DNA from: Bacilli bacterium
Lineage (GTDB): Bacteria > Bacillota_I > Bacilli_A > RF39 > UBA660
Direction of reading: 5' to 3'
Length of the DNA: 61,293 nucleotides
NCBI GenBank assembly: GCA_045541255.1
Contig: JAZQIU010000051.1
Location: 1 to 61,293 of the forward strand
Under the pieces are notes generated by a model. That model was not told the DNA's origin and ran no database searches. It was given only the letters and a program-made list of their open reading frames with translations. The translations under genes were made by a program, and so were the position numbers. This document shows positions 28,700 through 38,260 of this stretch, one piece after another (position 1 is the first letter of the stretch; every line of letters starts with the position of its first letter).

Positions 28700-30565
28700 T
28701 TATCCAACAACGTATGGACTAGTTTTTGTTCCATTTCCTCCAGTGATTACTGCACTAGATGCTAATGAAACTGCGGGGCGCAGACTGATGTACTCAAGGG
28801 ACACAACGTCGTAGTCGCTCACGCGGCCATTGATGTAAACGCGGAACGCGTAATCGCCGTTGCCATCGAAGTAGGACGGAGAGAGAGACCACCAGTATAA
28901 ATAATTTTTCATTTGATAATTATTTAGTAAGTAATAATTATAATTTGAAGAACCTGCTTTTCCTCCTGCAAATACTACTTCATCTGCTGTTAACGCTCCT
29001 ATATATGATTCAAATGTTTTATCATTCTTTCCATCACATCTTAATGTTGCATTTGCTGTTTCACCTGTTCCATATAATCTCTTAGCAGCTTCATAATAGA
29101 ATGATTTACTATTATACATCAAATCATTTACACTATCAGTTAATAATGCTCCTGTTGATGTATTATATGGATCAGTTGTATTTCCTAAACACCATGTATC
29201 CATTTTTAATTTACTTGTATCTATTCCACTACTTGTTAACCATGTATCAAATTGTGCCTTCATTGATGTACTTGTATTTGTTGGACTATTTAAATAATCT
29301 GCTACGTACTTATTACCTGATGATTGTTGACCACTTGAATTTGTTACTTTTGTTTGATTATATCCATAATGTCCTGTTCCAATATCCCAACTTCCATCTG
29401 ATGAGGCACATGTACTATCTTTATCTTCAAGTACTAATTTGATTGCACCATCACCTTCGATACGTACGATTCTCCAACATTTTCCTGCAAAATCAACATA
29501 GTTGTCTTCTACTTTACCTCTATAATAATATGAAGTTCCTAAATCATCTTGCGTTACACTTAATACATTTTCATAATCTTTAATTTCTTTATTTGACATA
29601 GGAGTTCCATCGCTTGTACAAGCATCAACTTTTCCTACAATATCACACCATGCTCCACAATTATATGAATCCGAAATATATTTTCCTATTACACTATTAC
29701 ATTTTTCTACATCTGTTGACCCTGCTACAGTTGTAGAACTATCATTAGCTTCATCAGCAGTATCACCATATGTTAAGCCATCCCAACCAAAGAATCCATC
29801 AGATGGAGTTAATGTCACAAGCCCAGTCTTACCAGTACCTACTGCACCACTAATATTTTGAGCAACATTAGTTTCTGCAGCTCCTGATAATGTTGTACCA
29901 GTCTTACCTGATATAGCATTATTTATTATGTTATATGCTAAAGTACTTGTATTTGCACTATATGGATTTAATGAAGCTATATCTTTAATATTTACTCTTG
30001 CTGTTAAAGTTTTATTCATATCATTACTTTGATTTCTACCAGTTTCTTTATATGTTACTGTTAAAGTATATGAATGTGTTTTACCTACTTCAATATCATT
30101 TCCTACTAATATTCCACCATTTATTGGGAATACTGATGCACTACTTACACCATCACAAGCAACACCATCACTTGTACATGTTAATGTATATACAAAGTCA
30201 TTGCTTTCAAATGTTGTTGCTGTTCCTGCTGTTTGAGTTACACCATCAACTTCAAGTGTTTCAGCATAAACTACACTAACATTTTCAATTACTACTACAT
30301 AATCAGTTACAGCATTACCTTCATTTTTTACAGTAAAAGTCTTACTATCTATAGTAGTACCTGGCAATATTTTAGTTGTTGGTTCAATAATACCATTACC
30401 ATCATCATATACTAATGCTAAGTTTGCAGTCTTAACAGAAATAGATTTAGAATTTGTATTACCATTAATTCTTGTTAAGAAATATGCATACGTTAATCCA
30501 ACGATAATTAAAAGAACTAAAAATATACCTGTTACACTAACTATTATTTTTTGTCTTCTATTCAT
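28700..30565 (-). CDS. DGR target protein: SipW-class leader, TasA-like domain, C-terminal C-type-lectin-like domain
   Basis: GLTYAYF leader; YYRG...NYV.F....WRIVRI, IGALTADEV..AG, WWSLSP...LRPAVSL and GNGT..SPY motifs; VR at the 3' end. Confidence 0.88.
   Translation of the reverse strand: MNRRQKIIVSVTGIFLVLLIIVGLTYAYFLTRINGNTNSKSISVKTANLALVYDDGNGIIEPTTKILPGTTIDSKTFTVKNEGNAVTDYVVVIENVSVVYAETLEVDGVTQTAGTATTFESNDFVYTLTCTSDGVACDGVSSASVFPINGGILVGNDIEVGKTHSYTLTVTYKETGRNQSNDMNKTLTARVNIKDIASLNPYSANTSTLAYNIINNAISGKTGTTLSGAAETNVAQNISGAVGTGKTGLVTLTPSDGFFGWDGLTYGDTADEANDSSTTVAGSTDVEKCNSVIGKYISDSYNCGAWCDIVGKVDACTSDGTPMSNKEIKDYENVLSVTQDDLGTSYYYRGKVEDNYVDFAGKCWRIVRIEGDGAIKLVLEDKDSTCASSDGSWDIGTGHYGYNQTKVTNSSGQQSSGNKYVADYLNSPTNTSTSMKAQFDTWLTSSGIDTSKLKMDTWCLGNTTDPYNTSTGALLTDSVNDLMYNSKSFYYEAAKRLYGTGETANATLRCDGKNDKTFESYIGALTADEVVFAGGKAGSSNYNYYLLNNYQMKNYLYWWSLSPSYFDGNGDYAFRVYINGRVSDYDVVSLEYISLRPAVSLASSAVITGGNGTKTSPYVVG
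28775..28886 (-). repeat. DGR variable repeat (VR)
   Basis: 112 bp at 57% GC (64/112) inside an AT-rich gene; about 21 of 27 substitutions versus the TR fall at TR adenines. Confidence 0.92.
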
Positions 30566-30740
30566 GAATTTTACCTTCCTTTCAAAACTACAAAAAAATC
30601 ATATAATTACTACCTATTTAACCTAAGACTACTAAATACAAGGAAATAATAAGGTATATAATTTTAAATTTTTTCATAAATAGAATTATTCTCAAGTAGT
30701 CTTTTCTACTCTAAATAAATGATACTATACTTTTTCCCAA

Positions 30741-30773
30741 AATTCAACAAAAATCGACATTTTTTGTTGAATT
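30741..30773. promoter_or_regulatory. Operator-like inverted repeat upstream of the DGR target gene
   Basis: AATTCAACAAAAA-tcgacat-TTTTTGTTGAATT. Confidence 0.5.
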
Positions 30774-30855
30774 GACATTTCTAGTAAATATTGAACCTAA
30801 ACTTCCAGTATTTTTATAAAAATTAAAAAAAGAATGTTTTACATTCTTTTTACAA

Positions 30856-32217
30856 TTATTTATTATTAATATAATTTAAAACTTCTTCTTTATCACTTAA
30901 ATGAATTTTTTTATGCCCTATAATTTGATAATCTTCATGACCTTTACCAAGAATTAATAAAGTATCATTTTCTTTAATCATATCTAATCCATCTTTAATT
31001 GCTTCTCTTCTATCATGTATAACTTTATAGTTATCTTTACTTACGCCTGCCAATATATCTTTCATAATATTTAACTCATCTTCTGTCCTTGGATTATCAT
31101 TTGTAAATATTACAAAATCTGATAATCGAGTAGCAATTTCTCCCATTATTGGTCTCTTCTTCGGATCTCTATCTCCACCACAACCAACTATAGTTATAAC
31201 TTTTCCAATTCTTTTTTCTAATGTAGAACTTATTATTTTTTCTACAGCATCAGGAGTATGAGCATAATCAACTATTGCTTTACCACCATTAACACTTATT
31301 ATTTCGTTTCTTCCATTAGGAGCTTTTATTTTATACGTAACATTAATAATATCTTCTATAGATACTCCTAAATTATTTACAAATGCAAGCGCTGTCATAT
31401 AATTATAAATATTAAATTTATTTAATAAATTTGTTTCAACATTGTATTCTTCATTATTATACACAAAATTTATTTTAGTAGTTAAATTAGTGTATTCATA
31501 ATCTATTACATTGTAATCACTTTTATTAAAACCTAAAGTTTTAAAATTCTTATATTTAAAACTACTACCATATTCATCATCTATATTAGATATCATAACA
31601 CCAGTATCTTTCATATAATTTAATATTAATTTTTTAGCATTCAAATACTTCTCCATAGTTTCATGATAATCTAAATGATCTTCAGTTAAATTAGTAAAAC
31701 CAGCAACATCTAACTCAATACCATTAATTCTTCCTAATGATAACGAATGACTACTTACCTCCATAACTATAACTTTAACATTTTTTTCAATAGATTCTAA
31801 TATTAAATTATAAAGACTTAAAATATCCGGTGTAGTATTAGGTAATTCTCTTATAAATTCACTATTAACATAATAACCTATAGTACCAATATAAGCATTA
31901 TTTATACCTAACTCAGTTAATATTTGACTAGTTAAATATGCAGTAGTTGTCTTACCATTAGTACCAGTTATTCCAATAAATTTAACATCATTAAATTTAC
32001 CAGACACATTATTAACTAAATACTCATTTAAATACTTTTCAGTATCCTCAACAATTATAGTTTCTACGTCATAACTACCGTGAGTAGCAACTATTTTTGT
32101 TGCACCATTTTTTATTGCACTATCTATATAATCATGCCCATCTACAGTATAACCTTTTATAGCTACAAAAGTATCTCCTGGCAAAACACTTCTTGAATCA
32201 GTTTTTATATTCAACAT
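30856..32217 (-). CDS. murE: UDP-MurNAc-tripeptide synthetase MurE
   Basis: GTNGKTT, MEVSSH, DYAHTPD and DNPR (mDAP-type) motifs. Confidence 0.95.
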   Translation of the reverse strand: MLNIKTDSRSVLPGDTFVAIKGYTVDGHDYIDSAIKNGATKIVATHGSYDVETIIVEDTEKYLNEYLVNNVSGKFNDVKFIGITGTNGKTTTAYLTSQILTELGINNAYIGTIGYYVNSEFIRELPNTTPDILSLYNLILESIEKNVKVIVMEVSSHSLSLGRINGIELDVAGFTNLTEDHLDYHETMEKYLNAKKLILNYMKDTGVMISNIDDEYGSSFKYKNFKTLGFNKSDYNVIDYEYTNLTTKINFVYNNEEYNVETNLLNKFNIYNYMTALAFVNNLGVSIEDIINVTYKIKAPNGRNEIISVNGGKAIVDYAHTPDAVEKIISSTLEKRIGKVITIVGCGGDRDPKKRPIMGEIATRLSDFVIFTNDNPRTEDELNIMKDILAGVSKDNYKVIHDRREAIKDGLDMIKENDTLLILGKGHEDYQIIGHKKIHLSDKEEVLNYINNK

Positions 32218-32228
32218 AATACTCCTCC

Positions 32229-32654
32229 TTATACATCGTATTTATCTAATATTTTCTTTATTCCAACATAAGGTAAAATTACACAATTCTTTCTATTTTG
32301 TTGCTTATATATTTCATCAAAAGCAATTGCTTCATTTAACATATCTTCATCATATTCTTTTTCTTCAACCATATTATCAAAATTATTTATATATGCCATT
32401 GCTTCTTTTACACTTTTACCAATTATATTTTTTAACATAATAGAAGTACTTGCAGTAGATATGGCGCAAGCTTCACCATTAAACCTTATATCTTTTATTA
32501 TATTATTCTCTATATCAACATATAGATTTATATCATCAATACAAGACTCATTATTAGAATTAATTTTTTCATAACCTAATTCATCACTACCATCTTTATT
32601 AAATGGATTTTGATAATTATCTAATATTATTTCTCTTTTAAATTCAGTATTCAT
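32229..32654 (-). CDS. sufU: SUF system scaffold/sulfurtransferase SufU
   Basis: SCID, ACAISTAS and RKNC. Confidence 0.9.
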   Translation of the reverse strand: MNTEFKREIILDNYQNPFNKDGSDELGYEKINSNNESCIDDINLYVDIENNIIKDIRFNGEACAISTASTSIMLKNIIGKSVKEAMAYINNFDNMVEEKEYDEDMLNEAIAFDEIYKQQNRKNCVILPYVGIKKILDKYDV

Positions 32655-33853
32655 TATATCATTTCTCTCATAATTTTTTCTCTATCACTTATTAACTCTA
32701 TAAATTTATCTATTTCTTCAAAAGTATTATAAAAATATAAACTTACTCTTAAAGAATTTTTAACACCAGTCTCATTTTTTAATATTTTAGCACAATGATT
32801 ACCAGCTCTTACACAAATATTATATTTATTTAAATAAAACGCTACATCTTGACTAAATATACCATCAATATTAAATGAAACTATTCCTGAATCACTTTCT
32901 AAATTTATAATATCTATAAATGGTAATTTAATCAATTTATCTATTAAATATCTTTTTAATTTTTTTTCATAATTTTCTATATTATCCATACCTACACTAT
33001 TTAAATAATCAATAGCAGCACCTAATCCAATAACTCCAGCTATATTAGGAGTCCCAGCTTCTAAACGATTAGGAAGTTCTTTTAAATAAACCTCATTTTC
33101 ATTATCAAAAGATTCATTCATTCCACCACCTAAATTTATAGGATTAAGTTTTTCTAAAAATTCTTTCTTTCCATATAAAACTCCAATCCCTGTAGGCCCA
33201 CACATTTTATGACCAGAAAATGCTAAAAAATCTATATCACTTTTCTTTACATCAACATATTTATGAGGAACTAATTGTGATCCATCAACAACAACAAATA
33301 TATTATTAGCATGAGCAAATTTACAAATTTCATCTATTGGTCTCTCATCACCAACAACATTAGTTATACCTGCAATACTTATAACTTTAGTCTTATCTGT
33401 AATAGATTTTATTACATTTTCCATAGTTACATGCAAATTATCATCTAAATCTATATATTTTATAATACAATTATTACTATTAGCTAATCTAAACCAAGGA
33501 AGAACATTTGAAGCATGTTCACTTTTAGTAATTAAAACCTCATCCCCAGGCTCTAATAAATATTTAAAAAATCCTTCTGCAATCATATTTAACGATTCAG
33601 TTGCACCACTAGTAAATACAACTTCATCAAAATCAGCATTTATAAAATCAGCAACTTTTTTACGAGAATTTTCATAAGCAACATCTACTTTATAACTTAT
33701 AGTATAATCTCCTCTATGAGCATTAGCACTATAATTCTTGTAATAATCAGTAATAGCATCTATTACCATATTAGGTTTAAAAGTAGTAGCACCATTATCA
33801 AAATATATTATATTATTTTCTAACATAGGAAAATCATATCTTGTATCTTTCAT
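32654..33853 (-). CDS. sufS: Cysteine desulfurase SufS
   Basis: DNGATT, SGHKM and RAGNHCA. Confidence 0.93.
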   Translation of the reverse strand: MKDTRYDFPMLENNIIYFDNGATTFKPNMVIDAITDYYKNYSANAHRGDYTISYKVDVAYENSRKKVADFINADFDEVVFTSGATESLNMIAEGFFKYLLEPGDEVLITKSEHASNVLPWFRLANSNNCIIKYIDLDDNLHVTMENVIKSITDKTKVISIAGITNVVGDERPIDEICKFAHANNIFVVVDGSQLVPHKYVDVKKSDIDFLAFSGHKMCGPTGIGVLYGKKEFLEKLNPINLGGGMNESFDNENEVYLKELPNRLEAGTPNIAGVIGLGAAIDYLNSVGMDNIENYEKKLKRYLIDKLIKLPFIDIINLESDSGIVSFNIDGIFSQDVAFYLNKYNICVRAGNHCAKILKNETGVKNSLRVSLYFYNTFEEIDKFIELISDREKIMREMI

Positions 33854-33877
33854 AAGTCACCTCCATCTTTATATTAT

Positions 33878-34480
33878 TTATCTAGCAGCATTATCTAAAA
33901 AACCATCAACAATCATTTTTATCCCTTCAGTATCATTTATACCTTTAGAATTTAAATAAAATAAATAATCTTTACTTATACTTGTTATACTAGCAGCATG
34001 ATTAGCAACTACATTCTTAGTATCAACAAACATATTCGGATATATATATGTATAACCATCATTCATATTTATTACTCTTACTTTTTCATCTAGTTCATTA
34101 TCTACAGTATTTTCATATATTTTGCCATCTATTTTTATATTACTCTTACCATTATCACTTATACCATGAATATTTATATAATTTTTAGAATTATTCCCTT
34201 TTAACTCTATATTAATATCTAAATCATACATTTTATTACACATAAAACTATGATTATATTTAAATATAGAATTATTACTTTGAATAATATTTATATTTAA
34301 TTTATTCTCTAATACTTCATCATAATGATTTAAAATAAATTCAACATTATCTTCTAACACAATATTTAATTTATTAATACTATAATCTTTTCCAATATTA
34401 CATATAGAATTCTCTACTATATATAAATTTATAATACTTTCTTTATCTAATACTATTTTATTCATATTATTAATTCTCAC
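33878..34480 (-). CDS. sufD: Short SufD-like protein
   Basis: Beta-helix with P....D...V.ANHAA and LFYL.SKGI; between sufC and sufS. Confidence 0.75.
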   Translation of the reverse strand: MRINNMNKIVLDKESIINLYIVENSICNIGKDYSINKLNIVLEDNVEFILNHYDEVLENKLNINIIQSNNSIFKYNHSFMCNKMYDLDINIELKGNNSKNYINIHGISDNGKSNIKIDGKIYENTVDNELDEKVRVINMNDGYTYIYPNMFVDTKNVVANHAASITSISKDYLFYLNSKGINDTEGIKMIVDGFLDNAAR

Positions 34481-35213
34481 TTACTTTATTTGTCCTATTA
34501 AAACCTTCATTTTCTATAGTTTCAGCTAAAATATAGTTTCCAGTTTTTTCTATTTTTCCATCATTAAGAATATGAACATAATTAGGTACTAATTTTTTTA
34601 ATATATTAGTATGATGAGTAATAATTAAAAACGAACAAGAATGTGTATCAAAATATTTTTTTAAACTTTCACTAATAATATTTAAATTATCTATATCTAC
34701 ACCACTATCTATTTCATCTAATATAACAAAATCAGGTTCTAGCACATATAAATGCATCAACTCATTTTTCTTTCTTTCTCCACCTGACATATTTTCATTT
34801 ATACCTCTATGTATAAAACTCTTATCTATATTAAGTTCATCACATACTTTATTCATAATCTTAGAAAATTCAAATATATTAAAATGTTTACCAGTTTTAG
34901 ACTCTAATGCTACTTTTAACATTTCACTATTTTTAACACCAGGTATTTCAATAGGATTTTGATTAACTAAAAACAATCCCATTCTAGCTCTTTCAACAGT
35001 ATCTAATTTTAATAAATCTATATCTTTAAAATAAATACTACCACTTTCTACTTTATAATTAGGATCTCCCATTAATACCTTACAAATAGTACTTTTACCA
35101 CTACCATTTAATCCCATCAAAGCATGTATTTCATTTTTATTTATATTTAAACTAAAATCTTTTAATATAATTTTATCTTGTACTGAAACAGTTAAATTTT
35201 TAATATTCAACAT
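34470..35213 (-). CDS. sufC: Fe-S assembly ATPase SufC
   Basis: GLNGSGKST, SGGERKKNE and LDEIDSGVD. Confidence 0.93.
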   Translation of the reverse strand: MLNIKNLTVSVQDKIILKDFSLNINKNEIHALMGLNGSGKSTICKVLMGDPNYKVESGSIYFKDIDLLKLDTVERARMGLFLVNQNPIEIPGVKNSEMLKVALESKTGKHFNIFEFSKIMNKVCDELNIDKSFIHRGINENMSGGERKKNELMHLYVLEPDFVILDEIDSGVDIDNLNIISESLKKYFDTHSCSFLIITHHTNILKKLVPNYVHILNDGKIEKTGNYILAETIENEGFNRTNKVSEN

Positions 35214-35278
35214 AATACATCACCTATCAATTATTATACAACAAAAAAGCACTAGTAAACTAGTACTAATTCTTATTT

Positions 35279-37048
35279 TTAGTTATCTTCTAAAACTGCT
35301 TTTATTCTTCTTACACCAGCAGAAGATGCTTCTTCTTTTTTTATTTTAAATTTACCTAATTCTCCAGTAGATTTAACATGTGGGCCACCACATAATTCTT
35401 GGGAAATACTACCAATGCTATATACAGTAACAGTATCAGGATATTTTTCTATAAACATACATTCAGCACCACTATTAATAGCATCTTCCTTACTCATTTC
35501 TTTAACTGTAACTTGTAAATTTTCTTTAATCCAATCATTCACTATATTTTCTACTTTAACTTTTTCTTCATCAGTTAATTTATGATCACAACTAAAATCA
35601 AAACGCATTCTTTCAACTGTTATATTACTTCCTTTTTGATGTACATCAGGACCTACAACTAATTTTAAAGCAGCATTTAATAAATGAGTTGCTGTATGAT
35701 ATTTAGTTTCCATCTCACCAGTAGAAGCTAAACCACCTTTAAACTTCTCACTAGAACCAGCACGAGATAATTCTTGATGTGCTTTAAATTTTTCTTTAAA
35801 ACCTTCAGTATCCACTTCTATATTACGTTCATTACATAATTCTTCAGTTAATTCTATTGGGAAACCATAAGTATCATATAATTTGAAAGCAAAATCTTTA
35901 TTTAATTTTCCATCAGTTATATTTAATACTATTTTTTCAAATTCTCTTAAACCTTTTTCTAACGTTCTATTAAATTTGATTTTTTCATTTTTTAATACTT
36001 CTAAAACAACTTCTTGATTAGTTTCTAACTCACTATAATATTTTTTATATTCATTTATTATATTTATAGCTAATTGTTGTTCCCAATCACTATTAATATC
36101 AATATTTAAGTTTTTAGCATGTCTTATAGCACGTCTAATTAATCTTCTTAAAATATATCCTTGATCTGTATTACTAGGTTTAATTCCAGAATTATCTGCT
36201 GATATAAATACTGCAGTTCTTATATGATCAGCAATAATACGCATACTTTTTTCATTACCTAAATAACTTTTACCAGATATTTTTTGAATTAATTCAATAG
36301 TACTCTTCCAAATACTAGATTCATAATTATCATTAACACCTTCAAGTATTGCAACTACTCTTTCAAAACCCATACCTGTATCTACATTTTTCTTAGGTAG
36401 TTCAGTTATTGTGCCATCACTATGTTTTTCAAATTCCATAAATACATTATTCCATATTTCAACCCAACGCTCATCTTCAGGATCAAATACTTCAGGAACT
36501 TCATCATTACTTCTAAAATAAAATATTTCAGTATCTGAACCACAAGGTCCAGTTTCTCCTGCTATCCAAAAATTATCTTCAACAGTTTCAGCAATATGCT
36601 TTTCACTTATTCCTAATTCCAACCATTTATTTCTACTAACTTCATCTTTTTTAATTAACTCATCACCTTTAAATATAGTAACCGCTAATCTATTAACAGG
36701 AATATTTAATACTTTAGTTAAAAATTCAAAACTATAACTTATACTTTCTTCTTTAAAATAATCACCTAAACTCCAATTCCCTAACATTTCAAAAAATGTA
36801 TGATGATAAGTATCACCAACTTCTTCTAAATCATTAGTTCTTATACATTTTTGATAATCAACTAATCTTGTTCCATATGGATGCGGAGTACCTAACAAAT
36901 AAGGTATTAAAGGTTGCATACCAGCAGTATTAAATAAAACACTAGGATCGTTTTCTGGCACTACTGGAGCACTCGGTATTTGTTTATGTCCCTTCTCCAC
37001 AAAAAAATCTATATATAAATCTTTTAATTTCATCTTAATCTTCCTCAC
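35279..37048 (-). CDS. alaS: Alanyl-tRNA synthetase, short form without C-Ala domain
   Basis: AGMQ, HHTFFEMLGN, DTGMG.ER, HTATHL and ELCGGPH; ends at GVRRIKA. Confidence 0.93.
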   Translation of the reverse strand: MRKIKMKLKDLYIDFFVEKGHKQIPSAPVVPENDPSVLFNTAGMQPLIPYLLGTPHPYGTRLVDYQKCIRTNDLEEVGDTYHHTFFEMLGNWSLGDYFKEESISYSFEFLTKVLNIPVNRLAVTIFKGDELIKKDEVSRNKWLELGISEKHIAETVEDNFWIAGETGPCGSDTEIFYFRSNDEVPEVFDPEDERWVEIWNNVFMEFEKHSDGTITELPKKNVDTGMGFERVVAILEGVNDNYESSIWKSTIELIQKISGKSYLGNEKSMRIIADHIRTAVFISADNSGIKPSNTDQGYILRRLIRRAIRHAKNLNIDINSDWEQQLAINIINEYKKYYSELETNQEVVLEVLKNEKIKFNRTLEKGLREFEKIVLNITDGKLNKDFAFKLYDTYGFPIELTEELCNERNIEVDTEGFKEKFKAHQELSRAGSSEKFKGGLASTGEMETKYHTATHLLNAALKLVVGPDVHQKGSNITVERMRFDFSCDHKLTDEEKVKVENIVNDWIKENLQVTVKEMSKEDAINSGAECMFIEKYPDTVTVYSIGSISQELCGGPHVKSTGELGKFKIKKEEASSAGVRRIKAVLEDN

Positions 37049-37586
37049 TTATTAATTTTGTTATATCATCTAAATTTTCATAATATTTATCCAAATTATC
37101 ATCATTTAAAATATAATAATCAGCAAACGCTATAGGCCCACCTTTAGCTAAGTTTTCTATTTCTGTTATATCTCTTGACTTAGCTTCTTCATTATTAAAA
37201 GGTCTAATTTCTCTATTTGCTAATCTAGAATATCTTTTATCTTTATTAACTACAATAGCAATTACTTTTAAATTAGAAAATTTTTCCTTTAAAACTTTTA
37301 ATTCATCCCAAGAATATAAACCATCTAAAATAACATTACCTTTACTTAATAACTCTTCTATTTTAGGTAAAAGTATAATAGCATATGCAGCCATACCATA
37401 TTCTTTTCTTAAACCTTCGCGCATCGCTCGTTCATTCTCCGGATTAACTTCTAAACCAGCTTCTTTTAATTTAGCCATAGTTACACCACCAAAATAAACT
37501 TTTTGGTAGCCTAAATTCTCATAATAATCACTTGCGATAGATTTACCACTACCACACATACCAACTATTGCAATTAACTTATTCAT
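37035..37586 (-). CDS. P-loop kinase (archaeal-type dephospho-CoA kinase/UPF0200-like)
   Basis: GMCGSGKS, LDGLYS.DE and RY.RL..R. Confidence 0.65.
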   Translation of the reverse strand: MNKLIAIVGMCGSGKSIASDYYENLGYQKVYFGGVTMAKLKEAGLEVNPENERAMREGLRKEYGMAAYAIILLPKIEELLSKGNVILDGLYSWDELKVLKEKFSNLKVIAIVVNKDKRYSRLANREIRPFNNEEAKSRDITEIENLAKGGPIAFADYYILNDDNLDKYYENLDDITKLISEED

Positions 37587-37669
37587 AACTACACCTCTTT
37601 AAAACTAATATTATTCTACCAAAAAAACTAAAAAAATACTATATAATAATAAAAAAAGAGATTAAATCT

Positions 37670-38260
37670 CTATTCAACAACTTTAATATATTCTATAACT
37701 GGTTGATATTTTTTATCCAACATACCATTATCATCACCATATTTACTAACTGCATCTACAACTTTATCAACAACTTCTATACCACTTATAACTTTACCAA
37801 AAGCTGCATAATTTCCATCTAAATTAGTATTATCTTCATGCATTATAAAGAATTGACTACTTGCACTATTCATATCATTACTTCTTGCCATACTAATAAC
37901 ACCACGTTTATGACTTAAATTATTAGTAACCCCATTACTACTAAATTCACCCTTAATAGTTTCTTTACTACCACCTGTACCATCACCATCAGGATCTCCA
38001 CCTTGTATCATAAAACCATCTATTACTCTATGAAACGTAAGACCATCAAAAAATCCCTCATTAACTAACTTTATAAAATTAGTAACTGTTATAGGAGCTA
38101 CATCAGCATCTAACCCTAACTTAATTTCTCCATAATCTTTAATATTCATTAATACATTATACTTTCCATTTAAAGTATTATCATTAGTAGGCCAATTAAG
38201 CCCTACAACAAAAAATATTACTAAACCAATAACTATTATATATTTCATATATTTTCTCAT
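37670..38260 (-). CDS. Membrane-anchored cyclophilin-type peptidyl-prolyl isomerase
   Basis: APITV.NF, FHRVIDGFMIQGGDP and SASSQFFI. Confidence 0.93.
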   Translation of the reverse strand: MRKYMKYIIVIGLVIFFVVGLNWPTNDNTLNGKYNVLMNIKDYGEIKLGLDADVAPITVTNFIKLVNEGFFDGLTFHRVIDGFMIQGGDPDGDGTGGSKETIKGEFSSNGVTNNLSHKRGVISMARSNDMNSASSQFFIMHEDNTNLDGNYAAFGKVISGIEVVDKVVDAVSKYGDDNGMLDKKYQPVIEYIKVVE

